Positions 11,039 to 22,400 of a DNA stretch of 51,772 nt are shown here, piece after piece. The translations under genes were made by a program, and so were the position numbers. Origin of the DNA: Perkinsus olseni. Taxonomy: Eukaryota. The stretch is from contig JABANN010000219.1 in assembly GCA_013115125.1 (NCBI GenBank), positions 1 to 51,772 on the forward strand. The letters run 5' to 3'. The notes under the pieces are model-generated. The model was not told the DNA's origin. It saw nothing but the letters and a program-made list of their open reading frames with translations, and made no database searches. The stretch's first letter is position 1, and every line of letters begins with the position of its first letter.

Positions 11039-11128
11039 ATTGCATAGAGCCTTCATCGGGCGTGCATGCCTCATGGATTCGCTGAAATACATGCCACCGT
11101 ACCCTTCAGATTAGCGTACGCCTGTAGG

Positions 11129-13308
11129 ATGGCCAATCTGCACAATATTCTAACGTCTCTGCATCGCCACGACGTCGATGGGAGGGGTTACCTCACTGGC
11201 GACGCGTTGGAGGACTGGCTTTTCGAGATCTCCAAGCACTTGGTAGGAACCCCTTGATTCTAGTGTCGGTAGACCTGCTAGTTTCGGGTCGAGGAATTTC
11301 CATTAGTCGGCGGCTACCCGCTTTGTTCTCCAACGTATAATTGGTCATCGGAAGTCGGGGTGTTTCCGTCGGTTTTCACTGCTAGTAGCTGCGGTGTGTT
11401 AATTTTGCGGTAGAGTACATGAATGTGACTCATTTGTCTACCTAAGGCATTCCCCTTCGATCAGCCCCAAGTTCGCAAGACACCAGAACAGTTCCTACCG
11501 CTCTGGGTTTTCACGGCAGCTCACACCATAGGATTCCTCCTGGGTGGCGGTTCGGCTGCTAGTTGCAGAGATGGCCCCAGGATCTGTGAGGCCCGACCTC
11601 TCTAGAGGAAGCTCGGCACATGTTCGGTGCGATTTCTATCAGCCATAGAACGAATCCTCTCCGAGAAGGGTATAGAGCATGTCATCGATCCGCTAATGTC
11701 GCTACGCCGAGTGTACGTCGAAGATATGACGAACAATCTCTTCTCCCGCTTTCGTAAGTCTATACCGTTCCATTCTTTCCTGGAGCTTTCGTTCTTGCTT
11801 CTTTCTATCCGAGACCTCTAGTGAGCGCTTCATTCTGATAGTCTGCTTCAGGTAGCATATCATATTACGACTCCTTTTTCGTCTTCGGGACGGCGCCAGT
11901 CGATACAGTTGTCGCTAATGGCCAAGCATCTCTCAACATTTTCAACCGTGGTTACATGAATCCCTTATTCACCTCCAGGCTAGTGAAGCGGTATAATCCG
12001 GTGCAACGTATAATGGACTACAGTACGTCGTCGGCCTGCTGTCTAGCCCTGATCAACTGCGGCCCGCCGCTGGACCTCTCAGGAACGTTTCTCGATTTCT
12101 GCATAGCCTGGGAGAACCGCGATACACCCCAAGGGGCGAAGTACTTCTGGCGAATTTTGGACTGGCGAGGTCGTGGATGGATCGATAGAGATGATCTGTC
12201 GGAGCTCGCTCAAGCCATTCTCAATGTTGTCGGTGGGTTAGCTAACTTCATAACCTAGTGTGTTTGGATTGGGCTTGAGGATGCGCCTGTATCAGACTCT
12301 ATGCCGGGAATTTGCGGACCAAACGGGCCGCCGCCGGTGGAAACACTCGTCTCCGAGATCTACGACCTGCTGGTTGTGGCAGACGACGAATCAAATCCAG
12401 ACGGCCGTGAGTTCCTTGTCTCTTCTGTGTTCAGCTGATCCCAGAGTTATGGTGTTGGTTCGACACTCAGGCATCGCACTGCCGCATGTTCTGAAGCACA
12501 CGAGAGCATTTGGAACGGTGGTCGGATTCCTAGCCAACACAGATGCTTTTATCGAGTAAGATATTCTCCTGTGTGTCTCACGGGCCGTGAGTCACGGCGG
12601 GTGAACCTCCAGATACGAGGCTCGGGAAGAAATTGTTCACGAGAAGTTCTCGGCGAAACAAGAGAAGGAGAAGAAGGACAAACAATATCAACAAAAGCTT
12701 GCTTTCATCGAGGTTGGTATATCGCCGCGGGACAGACACTGTAAAGTTTGGTAAAGTTTCATGCTAAGCGCGGGAGGTCACTCTGTCCGACAGAGTGACC
12801 TCCCGCGCTTAGCATGAAGCTTTAGTGATGAAGCAATGCCTTACAGTAAGGACCTTACTAGTCACTCGTCTTCATCTCTCAGTACCATAGTACGGTAGAC
12901 CACCGACTTCAGCAATGCCTGGATGGGCTCTGGGGGAATCTCAATGCACACGAGAATGCCGTTACAGGGGGCGGCCAGGCTAGCCTCTCATTCGCTGCTT
13001 TCAGAGAGTGAGATGGCGGCGAATGATAGCCCTTGTCTCCTTCTATATCTGTGCCTTTCTCAGGTATCTGAACTATCACGAATCCGTGTATGCTGGTGTC
13101 TCGGTCGAGCCGGGATTGAATGCGTGAGCGAAAGCTTGACTCGGAGTCTATGCTCACTACCAACTTCAGATATTATGAGTGGGAAGAATCTGAAGCCCGG
13201 CAGAATGAGCACTACAGGCAGCTGAAGAAGCAGCAAGTCAACATGCAGTTGAAGGAAATCAGTGCATCACATGAGTCTGAGCTCGTGATCGACTACCGCG
13301 ACGACTAG
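11129..13308 (+). CDS. Protein phosphatase 2A regulatory subunit B''-like (PPP2R3C/B''gamma-like) EF-hand protein, multi-exon
   Basis: Exon fragments HDVDGRGYLTGDALEDWL (EF-hand), FLDFCIAWENRDTPQGAKYFWRILDWRGRGWIDRDDL, LVSEIYDLL and GTVVGFLANTDAFIE/YEARE follow the order of B''-family C-terminal motifs. GT-AG introns separate them. The start is uncertain (11066 or 11129). Confidence 0.7.
12752..12824. repeat. Near-perfect long palindrome/hairpin in an intron
   Basis: TTCATGCTAAGCGCGGGAGGTCACTCTGTC-C-GACAGAGTGACCTCCCGCGCTTAGCATGAA has 30-bp perfect arms and a 1-nt spacer, extendable to 36 bp with one mismatch. Confidence 0.95.
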
Positions 13309-16300
13309 TGCCCTAAGCCATCCGACCAGATGTGTGATGCTTGTGGATGGAGTGAGAAATGGATGCGTTGTCATGATGTTCTCCTGTACAGTGCGGTTGC
13401 TATATTCTTCGTACAATTGTGATCTATTATCATGTTTGAAGCTCGACGAGCGAACTGCATGAAATTTCGTAGGAGCAGCATCGCACGAACAGTCGCCATA
13501 GCATCGGTACCCCGATCAAAGGCCATCCGACCAATTAACTTTCTGAGAATACTTTTTACACAAGAGTATTGGGCTCCTCGCAGTGCTCCTAATACTCGTT
13601 CTGTAGAACACTTCGATATTCGAAGTTTCGAACAGATTCGAAGTTCGAATCTGTAGCTCGGAAAACGATGTAAAAGTTTGTTGTCCTTTGTAGTTTCGTT
13701 GTAAAAGTCTCAAGGAGCTCTTCATTCCCTAATAGCCTACACCAGTGCAATTCAACTTGAATCATTCATGTACCCAATCTTCCATTATCACTATATTAAC
13801 GAGTTGTGTGGAGAAGGTCCGTTACGAGCGGGGATGTAAAACACGCATATCATATCCTGGGCCAGGAGGGCTATCGTTGCCTGTTAGTTCGTAGAGTAAC
13901 ACCAATCACTGTGCGAGAGTTCAAGTATCATTGGCAGTAAAAGGAGTTTCTTGTTGAGAAATGAGTGATACTGGCAGTTCGCAGTGAGGGATGTATTGGA
14001 AATGATAAGGTGAGAAGGCAGATGACAAAGAACTCTCAACTCAACATTGGAAAGTGATCAAACTGGAATTCTTCGAGAATCATTTCGGATAATGTGATAC
14101 GTTCTCCGAGAATGTAATACGTTCAATGTATATTTCGAAGTTCGCCGCTCATCAGCCTTTTCTGAGGAGGCGATTCATCGTACTGCTCACGCTTGGTTCC
14201 CGAGTCCGCACACGTGTTGCTAGTTGGTTCTCGCCTGAGGCGATTTGCCTTTGCCAACGTTCCAGCCGTACACTAAACTGTATAATATATTGAAGCATGG
14301 TAGCTGAATTCTGGCCATCCGGCGCTGCAGCCACAAAAGTCCAGTCTCGTCTCGAAAGGGTTCGGTGCACCCTAGGACATTTGGGAAAAGCTCAGCGGCT
14401 CAGCCGCTGCGGCTGGACTTCTCTGCCAACCACGCATTCGCTCTGACCGAGTGGGCGGCAATCAGGAACCGATCAGTGGTCAGCAGTCATGAGAATGAGT
14501 CATTCTCGATGTTCCCACAAATAGTAGTAGCGCTCCACTGAGTGGTATGGCTCTACTAGAGTCCACGGTCTATGATCTGACCACGGTGGCCGTCAGGAAC
14601 CAATGCAATGGAATTCATAGGTGAGGGCCTCGCCGTGAGGTAATCTCACTGAGATGCATCGTTCAGCAGTGCAAACCTAGGAGTGCCTCTCACGGCTCCG
14701 ATGGGAATTTCGGAGTGCGAAATGCGGGATTTCAAATCCTTCAAGGACCTGCGAGAGAGCCCAAAGTTGGAACTGTTCGTTAGAGTGTTCAGCTGCAGGA
14801 CTTACACTCGTGTTCGACGGACACGACTTCCCTCTGACCGCGGGCGGCGTTTCTGAGACTCTAGTAAAGTCTGCTCCAATAGTAAAGTCACTTTGCTATT
14901 GGATCACTGGGGAGGCGAGGTGAGTAACTTACACTGTCACACTGTGCGTCTCGTTACCTGCCCGGCACAGCACACGACTTGTGTAATGCAAGTGTGTGCT
15001 CTGCCCGGCGTCAAGATTAACATCCTGCTTCGGTTCCTTTCTGAGAGCGAGATTGATAGATGATATTTATTTAGCATTACTAGGTAGAGTCTGCATTGTA
15101 AGCTAAGGATCGGTTGGTTCGGAAGCAACTGTGGCCTTATCTCATGTCTGAAAAGTCCGTCCCTCAGTCTGAGGGCCTCAGAGGGACTCCCCCTCTGCCA
15201 GAGGGCCTCTGGCCTCCGGCTGCCGGATCGCGGCAACGCCGCGGCGGCATACTCTTCGAATCGCGTGATCATTCATGAACTCGCGTACTATGTTACCTAC
15301 GATGAATTCCTTCTTGGGATTACTGCCGCATCGACAGTGTCAAGTTGACACTGTCAACTCATTCCGCGAGCAGCTTCTCCAGAGCATGTCTCGACTGAAT
15401 TGGTGCGGATAGGGTCAGGGAGAGAAGGAGGCTCCACGAGTAGGAGTCTCGCTGCTTCACGCCCGAGCAGCGTCCCTCATCGTATGTTGCGTTGTTAAAG
15501 TGAGCACTTAATCCTCGAGCATCATATAAGGGAGAGAGGGGACATGAAACTGGTGACCGTAAACTGGTGACCGTATCTTCTGCTCCCGGCGGCGATCAAT
15601 CGGCGGGGGAGGTTCCTACTATGTCGCAAATGCTCCAGATAGTTGAGTGACTCAACTTGAGTCTATCAAGTTACTGAATAAGAGGTGGTATGAGGGGTAT
15701 TAAGGTGACCGTAGTGCAATTTGGTTCATCTCACAACTCAGCAACGAGGCTCGTTTTCTCCAGCTTGATAGTGAGGAATGCCATACAAGGCTCCGAAATT
15801 CAGAGTCCGAATGATGGGCGGTGGCGAAGAACAAAAAGACCTATCTTTCCGTCTCGAATCAGGCCTGGGACTCATTTTCTGCTTTGTTGTGTTGGTCATT
15901 CTCTTAGAGAAGGCCGCACGTAGTTCGGAAGGTGGCAGGAGGAGTGGCGAGGTGCTACTGACAGTCGCCTACATCTGCACTCACCTACTTCTACAAGATC
16001 GGCGAGTTTTTAGCAAGCACTCCTGTTGGTTGAGGTGTTTGAATTGCTCGTGGCACGGTAGTACTGTAGCAGCACTGTTGCGACGCACGTGTTAGAAATG
16101 AATAGTAGGATATTTCTTAAGGCTGACCACTTGACAGCTGGGGTCTTAGCAGCGCAACTTATTGGAGCAAGCCGGAAACGAAGATAAACAAGGTAATATC
16201 AATTGGGAGGGAATAGCCAACATCAGGCAACTGCTGTTACTCAGAACAGCAAGCTGATAATGCTCATCCTGCGGCGGTTATACAAGAGGCAGTCCACGGT

Positions 16301-17461
16301 TTTGCGAGGTTTGCGGAGCCGCGCGGCCGGCGGTGGTTGACAGGCACGCAGCCGACGGACCGTCGGCAACGGTGATAAGAGCTCAACGCGCTTAAGCTTG
16401 AGCCCAGGTGCTGGGCGAAGCCGAGCTCGTTGATGCTCACTTTCATGTTTTCTCCGCGTAGGCCACGAGTTGAGGTATGTACTCTCACAGGTCATGCCAT
16501 AGTTGTACCTCATGCCGAGGGCCTATCCCCGTCATGGAATCCATGACATGGATGGTCCGTGATGGACCTGGTCCACTGGACCATTGACCCATGGTGAGGA
16601 TCGTGACATTCTTGGCAAATTACGGCCCAGAAAACATGCGGCATGTTACATGCCCTGTTAATGACCGTTTGTATCTGATCAGCCAAAGGGTTGTGTTTGG
16701 AAAACACTGTGTGCGAAGTTCGTATTACTCTCTCACAGCTCCGAAAGGTATTCCGGAGTCCGAAGGCATTCTGTGAAGTATGACAGTCCATTGGACTCAG
16801 TCTAAATTACGATCCGTAGTTCGAGTTCGGGTCGAGAATGACCCGGACCTTTACTACGAGCTTACCTTTTTCCACCCGCAACCCGAAACCCCGTAATTTA
16901 CGGACTGGGGGGGGCAGTGACCCAAAACCCGAAGGGGGGGCAGTGTGAGAGGTGAAAGGTTTCCTTAGAAAAAAAACGCAATTCCCTCAGGGAGCGCCGA
17001 ATCTCCCTTAGAAAATCGCAGAGGGCGAGCGAAAACGTGTCCTTAGAATTCCTACACTCTCCTTAGAAAAATGATATAGATCTGAAACGTTTACATGTGG
17101 GTCGTACGTCGCGTTTTCCGCCAAGCGCGCGCCACAGCAATCGATTATGCTCAGTAGCACTGGGTCAGTGACCCAGGGTCAGAATTTCTCGGCGTATTGA
17201 ACTACTGAGTACGTAAGGTCGGGCCGTCGGCCCGGGGCCGAGGCGAATCCTGCGTCTTGTAGTCGAGGTTTTCTCGGGAAAAAGCGTCGGGGTTGGGGCG
17301 AAATCGGCGGTCAAGTTGTGTTTCGGAATGGACTGGGTTCCACAGCATGAAGTGAGCGGTGCCAACTCGGAATTCACTGATTCTTCAATCAGTTAACACT
17401 ACTCCATTTCGTTCTACTCCTTTATAATATATCATTGTCCAAATATACCTATTATTCTAGC

Positions 17462-20281
17462 ATGTCGAACGGCGGTTACTGCCCCATTGGTGGTAAATGC
17501 AACAATCCAGAATACTGTGCCGAAGGCTCGATCTTCGAACAGGCCAATCAAGCGGGAGTATGCCGAAGCTGCGGGCTGGACGTGGTTAAAGCAGGGTACT
17601 ACTGTGCTAACGGGACGAGTTCAATCTGCCCACCGGGGTTTTTCTGTCCGATTGCGGGTACGTCCGGTCCTATCCCTTGTCCAGAGGGATATTTCTGCAA
17701 ACAAGGGTTTCAGGAGCCTGTGTCCTGCCCGTGGTTTTCCCAATGCCCGCGGGGAGCAACCAATCAGATTCCCACCTGGGGAGCGATCTTCATTATCGTT
17801 GTGATTGGTATTATCGTTGCAGCATTCAGTATCTGGCTTTGGTTATATAGACGCAATAAGGAGAAGAATGCCACTTCACAGGGCGCAGCGCATCAACGTA
17901 CAACAGAGATCTACAACAGTGTTGTCCAAGCCCTCACCGGCGTATATCTACAGTCTCAGAGGATGCAGGGGTTTACTAACGATATAAAGTATACTCCAGT
18001 GGACATCCGGTTTGAGCATTTGTCGATGACGCTCAAATGGGGCACCCGACGGCAGATCCTCCAGGATGTTACGGGTGAATTCCCAGCGGGTTCGCTATCA
18101 GCAGTGATGGGACCGTCTGGAGGTGGTAAGACAACCTTCATGAACGCCCTGTCGAATCGAGCACCATATGGGGATGTGACTGGAAAGGTTTGGGTCAACG
18201 GTTTCGAAGGAAACTTTGGAGAGTATCCGAAACAACTCGGCTTCGTACCGCAGGATGATATCATGTTTGACCGGCTCACTGTGTATCAAAATCTTTATTA
18301 CTCGGCTATGGTCCGGTTACCCGAAGATATGCCCCGGGAGAAGAAGTTGAAGATCATCGAGGATGTTATTCAAGTCTTGGATCTTGAGCAAGTTCGACAT
18401 ACCATCGTGGGGTCGCCTGGGAGGAGGGGAATATCCGGTGGTCAGAAGAAGCGTGTTAATATCGGTATCGAATTGGTGGCTTATCCCCGTGTATTATTCT
18501 TGGATGAGCCAACCTCTGGTTTGGATTCTGCTGCCAGTATGGCCGTTACTAAATGTTTGGCAAGAATGAGGACTTTGGGTATTACCGTTGTTTGTGTTAT
18601 CCATCAGCCACGCTACGCCATCTTCAGACAGTTCACTCATTGTCTACTACTCGGCAAGGGTGGCCGGACAGTTTATATCGGCAAGACCAGTCAAGCCGAG
18701 GACTACTTCGTCAGCCACGGCTTCCGCATACCCAGAGGGGAGAACGTTGCAGATTGGTTCATCGACATTATCTCTGGTGGGGTTGATCATCATTTACCCG
18801 ATGGTTCAGTCGATAGGGACTTTAAGAAAGAAGATCTATTCGAGTACTGGACGGATTATCAGGCGCAGCAGGCTGAAAACCCCCAGGACGCCCGGCCTGT
18901 GCCTAGCTTCTCACGAACGGTGTCTGTTCGGTCGCTTGGCGCAACCAACTCGGAGAACAGCGGGATTTTCCAAAGTCAAGATGAACTGAGGAACAGGCTC
19001 TGTGAGCTGTTGGATGCCGAACCGGATGAGGATCTGACCCCGCAGCAGATATATCGTTTGGCGAGGCTGTTTGAAATCGAGTGTGACCTATCAGAGGCAC
19101 GCGAGCTCTACAGGGTGTTGAAAGCTGAGCAAGGCGAGGTTACCTGTGAGAGCTTCGCTGCTATGATACATGGAGGTGCCACAGAGCAAGTGCATCTTGA
19201 AAGCAGACAGGTTCTACCCGATCTCAGTCGGTTAAAAGATCGGCAGATCGCTACCGTTGGCCAACAGTTGGGACATTTCCTATCCCGGAATGTGGCACTC
19301 ATCTCGCTCGGTCAGGTTTTTCTCGATCTTTGTCTAAACTTCTTGGCTGCTGTTATTATCGGTACGACTGTTCAGCGAACCAACGGCTATGATATGATGG
19401 CCAACAACAACATGATGGGTTTGATGTTCTTCGCCATTATGATTGGTTCGGGCTCATTACAAGTCTACGGCTTTGAGTTCCTCGCTTTCGAGCGAGACGC
19501 TTCTGCCGGTACTTCTGTTTTGGCCTATTGGGGCTCGAAGACGTTGTGCCACCTTCTCGATACTTTCCTATTCACTTTGATATTCACCGCCACTTGGGTG
19601 CTCATCATCCAAGCTAATTACAACGGCGCCTATGGTTACTGTATATTCTTTGTCTTTGCCTGGTGGGTCACAGGCTTTGGCCAGCTAATGACGGTGGTCT
19701 TCCCCTTTGCAATATCATTGTTGTTGGCTGTCATCGTGCCGGTGGAGTTTGTGACTATGTTTGGTGGTGTATCACCTCCCGTTACCTCTGATGGCTTCTT
19801 CCAGAAGGCTGCCACTTATTTTGGCTGCGGGTATTATGCGACGGAGCTCCTCACTATGGCGGAGTTCACTGCTTTACCTTCGAACATCTTGGATCTGGAT
19901 GATGTCGCGGAGACCGTTCACAACCTGAAATACGGCACTTCCTACTATGTTCTTCGTGACTTTTGTGTGCTCTTCGGCATGGGCCTTATATGGAGGTTGC
20001 TTACTCTGGCCTGGCTTCAAATAATAGTTAAGTATCGTAGAGATGGTCTTGATTCGATGGTGCCCTGGTTGGCTCGTTTGATTGACTATTTCAACGGTAA
20101 ATTTAACCCCGTTGTGAAGGACGCCCGAAGCCATGATGGCAAAGAGATAGAAGAAGAGAAGTCATCATCTGGGAATGATCTGACGTCGAGTTTATCGAGT
20201 GATAGCTCGGATAGTCAGTCAGACACCACGGAAGCAAGTACTGCCCAGCCGGGAACCGAGCGTATATCCTACGCCGTTTGA
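17462..20281 (+). CDS. ABCG-type half ABC transporter with N-terminal Cys-rich domain (copy 3, close paralog of copy 2)
   Basis: Intronless ORF highly similar to 5205-8048 except in the linker and C-terminal tail. The first ATG is at 17462, directly after TTCTAG-C; the ORF track start at 17435 is a TTG. Confidence 0.93.
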   Translation: MSNGGYCPIGGKCNNPEYCAEGSIFEQANQAGVCRSCGLDVVKAGYYCANGTSSICPPGFFCPIAGTSGPIPCPEGYFCKQGFQEPVSCPWFSQCPRGATNQIPTWGAIFIIVVIGIIVAAFSIWLWLYRRNKEKNATSQGAAHQRTTEIYNSVVQALTGVYLQSQRMQGFTNDIKYTPVDIRFEHLSMTLKWGTRRQILQDVTGEFPAGSLSAVMGPSGGGKTTFMNALSNRAPYGDVTGKVWVNGFEGNFGEYPKQLGFVPQDDIMFDRLTVYQNLYYSAMVRLPEDMPREKKLKIIEDVIQVLDLEQVRHTIVGSPGRRGISGGQKKRVNIGIELVAYPRVLFLDEPTSGLDSAASMAVTKCLARMRTLGITVVCVIHQPRYAIFRQFTHCLLLGKGGRTVYIGKTSQAEDYFVSHGFRIPRGENVADWFIDIISGGVDHHLPDGSVDRDFKKEDLFEYWTDYQAQQAENPQDARPVPSFSRTVSVRSLGATNSENSGIFQSQDELRNRLCELLDAEPDEDLTPQQIYRLARLFEIECDLSEARELYRVLKAEQGEVTCESFAAMIHGGATEQVHLESRQVLPDLSRLKDRQIATVGQQLGHFLSRNVALISLGQVFLDLCLNFLAAVIIGTTVQRTNGYDMMANNNMMGLMFFAIMIGSGSLQVYGFEFLAFERDASAGTSVLAYWGSKTLCHLLDTFLFTLIFTATWVLIIQANYNGAYGYCIFFVFAWWVTGFGQLMTVVFPFAISLLLAVIVPVEFVTMFGGVSPPVTSDGFFQKAATYFGCGYYATELLTMAEFTALPSNILDLDDVAETVHNLKYGTSYYVLRDFCVLFGMGLIWRLLTLAWLQIIVKYRRDGLDSMVPWLARLIDYFNGKFNPVVKDARSHDGKEIEEEKSSSGNDLTSSLSSDSSDSQSDTTEASTAQPGTERISYAV

Positions 20282-21232
20282 CCTCTATTACTACTATTAC
20301 GTACGGCCGTACAGACTTTCCGTACTAAGTCGAATTTATGCCCACCTCGTAACTGTTTCGCTCGAGATGTTTCTCGCTCTAATGCCTTCCACACTTTGCA
20401 GAATCTACCACTTTGCTCCGGAATCGCTATCTGGGTCCGGAGGGACAGCAGATGTATTTGATTATGTGTTGTAAATAGGTCATTGAGTAATGTGGTAGTA
20501 ATTGTATGCTTGCTGCTTGGAGTCGCGTTTAGTTGTGACACTTTTGTCGAGAACTGGGCACCGTGATGGATGAAAGGGAGATGTGTCTCCTCAGTAAGGC
20601 ACGATGGGTGCTCGGCCACGCTGAGGCCTGCTGAATCTGCAATGACGACTATTCCGCTGACCCTAAAGCTAACCAGGGAGCCGTTGGCGTAGATCCTCTG
20701 GCTGAGTGGTTAGGGCGGCTTTTTTGCAGGCTGTTGGCTCTCCTCGCGGGGGTTCCAACTCCTCAGGTGTCGTCATTAACAACGTTTAAGCAACGTTCAT
20801 GGGCGCCCGGGCGCGCCTTCCTGTGCTACCGTCTCACATATTCCGAGGGATCGGGTGGCTAGCCAGTGAATTATTACCGTGGGCTCTATGGCCATTCGGC
20901 CGAGACGGCGGTCTGTCAAGCCGTCTAGTTGTGCTCACGAGGGCTTGAGTCCTCCAGCTGTCGTCACGTTGCAGTGGGGCGCGGCATGGCTGCCGAGTGC
21001 TGGATTCGCCCTCCCCGGAGCCTTCTGTAGGTAGTCAAAAACCGTTGACATTGACCCTTTAGTCGAGTAGTTACGGCTGGCTAAGCCGTTGGGCTATGCC
21101 CGCGAGGCTTCGAATCCCTCAGGTGTCGTCATATGGCAGTGGGAAGCGGCAGCCTTTGTGAGGGCTGTGTAGCTTCTTGATGCTGGGTTCGAACCAGAGT
21201 TTCTCGTAGGTTGTCAGAAAAAAGTTGATATG

Positions 21233-21314
21233 GACACTTTGGCCGAGTGGTTAAGGCGGCGGCCTGCTAAGCCGTTGGGCCATTTCCGCGAGGGTTCGAA
21301 TCCCTCAGGTGTCG
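21233..21314 (+). tRNA. tRNA-Ser (GCT)
   Basis: GACACTT/AGGTGTC acceptor, TGGCCGAGTGGTTAAGGC, anticodon loop CT-GCT-AA, long variable arm, GGTTCGAATCC, G discriminator and a downstream T7 run. Confidence 0.88.
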
Positions 21315-21418
21315 TCGTATGTCAGTAGGAAACGACAGCTTTTTTTGAGGGCTGTGTAGCTACTTGATGCAGGGTTCGAACCGGAGTTTCTGGTAGGTCG
21401 TCAAAAACAGTTGATATG

Positions 21419-21500
21419 GACACTTTGGCCGAGTGGTTAAGGCGGCGGCCTGCTAAGCCGTTGGGCTATGCCCGCGAGGGTTCGAATCTCTCAGGTGTCG
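21419..21500 (+). tRNA. tRNA-Ser (GCT)
   Basis: Same 82-nt cloverleaf with loop CT-GCT-AA, one G-T pair in the T stem and a downstream T6 run. Confidence 0.85.
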
Positions 21501-21682
21501 TCATATGTCAGTAGGAAGCGGCAGCTTTTTTGAGGGCTGTGTAGCTACTTGATGCAGGGTTCGAACCCTCAGGTGTCGTCGTATGGCAGTGGGAAGCGGC
21601 AGCTTTTTTGAGGGCTGTGTAGCTACTTTGTGCAGGGTTCGAACCGGAGTTTCTTGTAGGTCGTCAGAAAACGGTTAGTATG

Positions 21683-21764
21683 GACACTCTGGCCGAGTGG
21701 TTAAGGCGGCGGCCAGTTAAGCCGTTGGGCTATGCCCGCCAGGGTTTGAATCCCTCAGGAGTCG
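21683..21764 (+). pseudogene. tRNA-Ser-derived copy with GTT anticodon (probable pseudogene)
   Basis: Loop CA-GTT-AA (U33 to A), T loop TTTGAAT (C56 to T), and mismatches in the T and acceptor stems. Confidence 0.75.
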
Positions 21765-21868
21765 TCATATGTCAGTAGGAAACGGCAGCTTTCGTGAGGG
21801 CTGTGTAGCTACTTGATGCAGGGTTCGAACCGGAGTTTCTCGTAGGTCGTCAGAAAACAGTTGATATG

Positions 21869-21950
21869 GACACTTTGGCCGAGTGGTTAAGGCGGCGGCC
21901 AGTTAAGCCGTTGGGCTATGCCCGCCAGGGTTTGAATCCCTCAGGAGTCG
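21869..21950 (+). pseudogene. tRNA-Ser-derived copy with GTT anticodon (probable pseudogene)
   Basis: Same lesions as the 21683 copy. Confidence 0.75.
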
Positions 21951-22054
21951 TCATATGTCAGTAGGAAACGGCAGCTTTCGTGAGGGCTGTGTAGCTACTT
22001 GATGCAGGGTTCGAACCGGAGTTTCTCGTAGGTCGTCAGAAAACAGTTGATATG

Positions 22055-22136
22055 GACACTTTGGCCGAGTGGTTAAGGCGGCGGCCAGTTAAGCCGTTGG
22101 GCTATGCCCGCCAGGGTTTGAATCCCTCAGGAGTCG
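22055..22136 (+). pseudogene. tRNA-Ser-derived copy with GTT anticodon (probable pseudogene)
   Basis: Same lesions as the 21683 copy. Confidence 0.75.
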
Positions 22137-22318
22137 TCATATGTCAGTAGGAAACGGCAGCTTTCGTGAGGGCTGTGTAGCTACTTGATGCAGGCATCGA
22201 ACCCTCAGGTGTCGTCGTATGGCAGTGGGAAGCGGCAGCTTTTTTGAGGGCTGTGTAGCTACTTTGTGCAGGGTTCGAACCGGAGTTTCTCGTAGGTCGT
22301 CAGAAAACGGTTAGTATG

Positions 22319-22400
22319 GACACTCTGGCCGAGTGGTTAAGGCGGCGGCCAGTTAAGCCGTTGGGCTATGCCCGCGAGGGTTTGAATCCCTCAGGTGTCG
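22319..22400 (+). pseudogene. tRNA-Ser-derived copy with GTT anticodon (best-preserved GTT variant)
   Basis: Loop CA-GTT-AA and T loop TTTGAAT, but the T stem and the 3' acceptor strand are as in the intact Ser copies. Confidence 0.7.

Noticed and set aside
16810-17075. ACCCG-rich and CCTTAGAA-repeated segment upstream of ABCG copy 3, possibly a transposon end
   Set aside because: No matching inverted terminus or target-site duplication could be identified.
703-20281. Idea that the ABCG transporters export riboflavin as part of the rib cluster (by analogy with mammalian ABCG2)
   Set aside because: They are separated from ribD by more than 18 kb and several unrelated genes, and nothing in the sequence indicates substrate.
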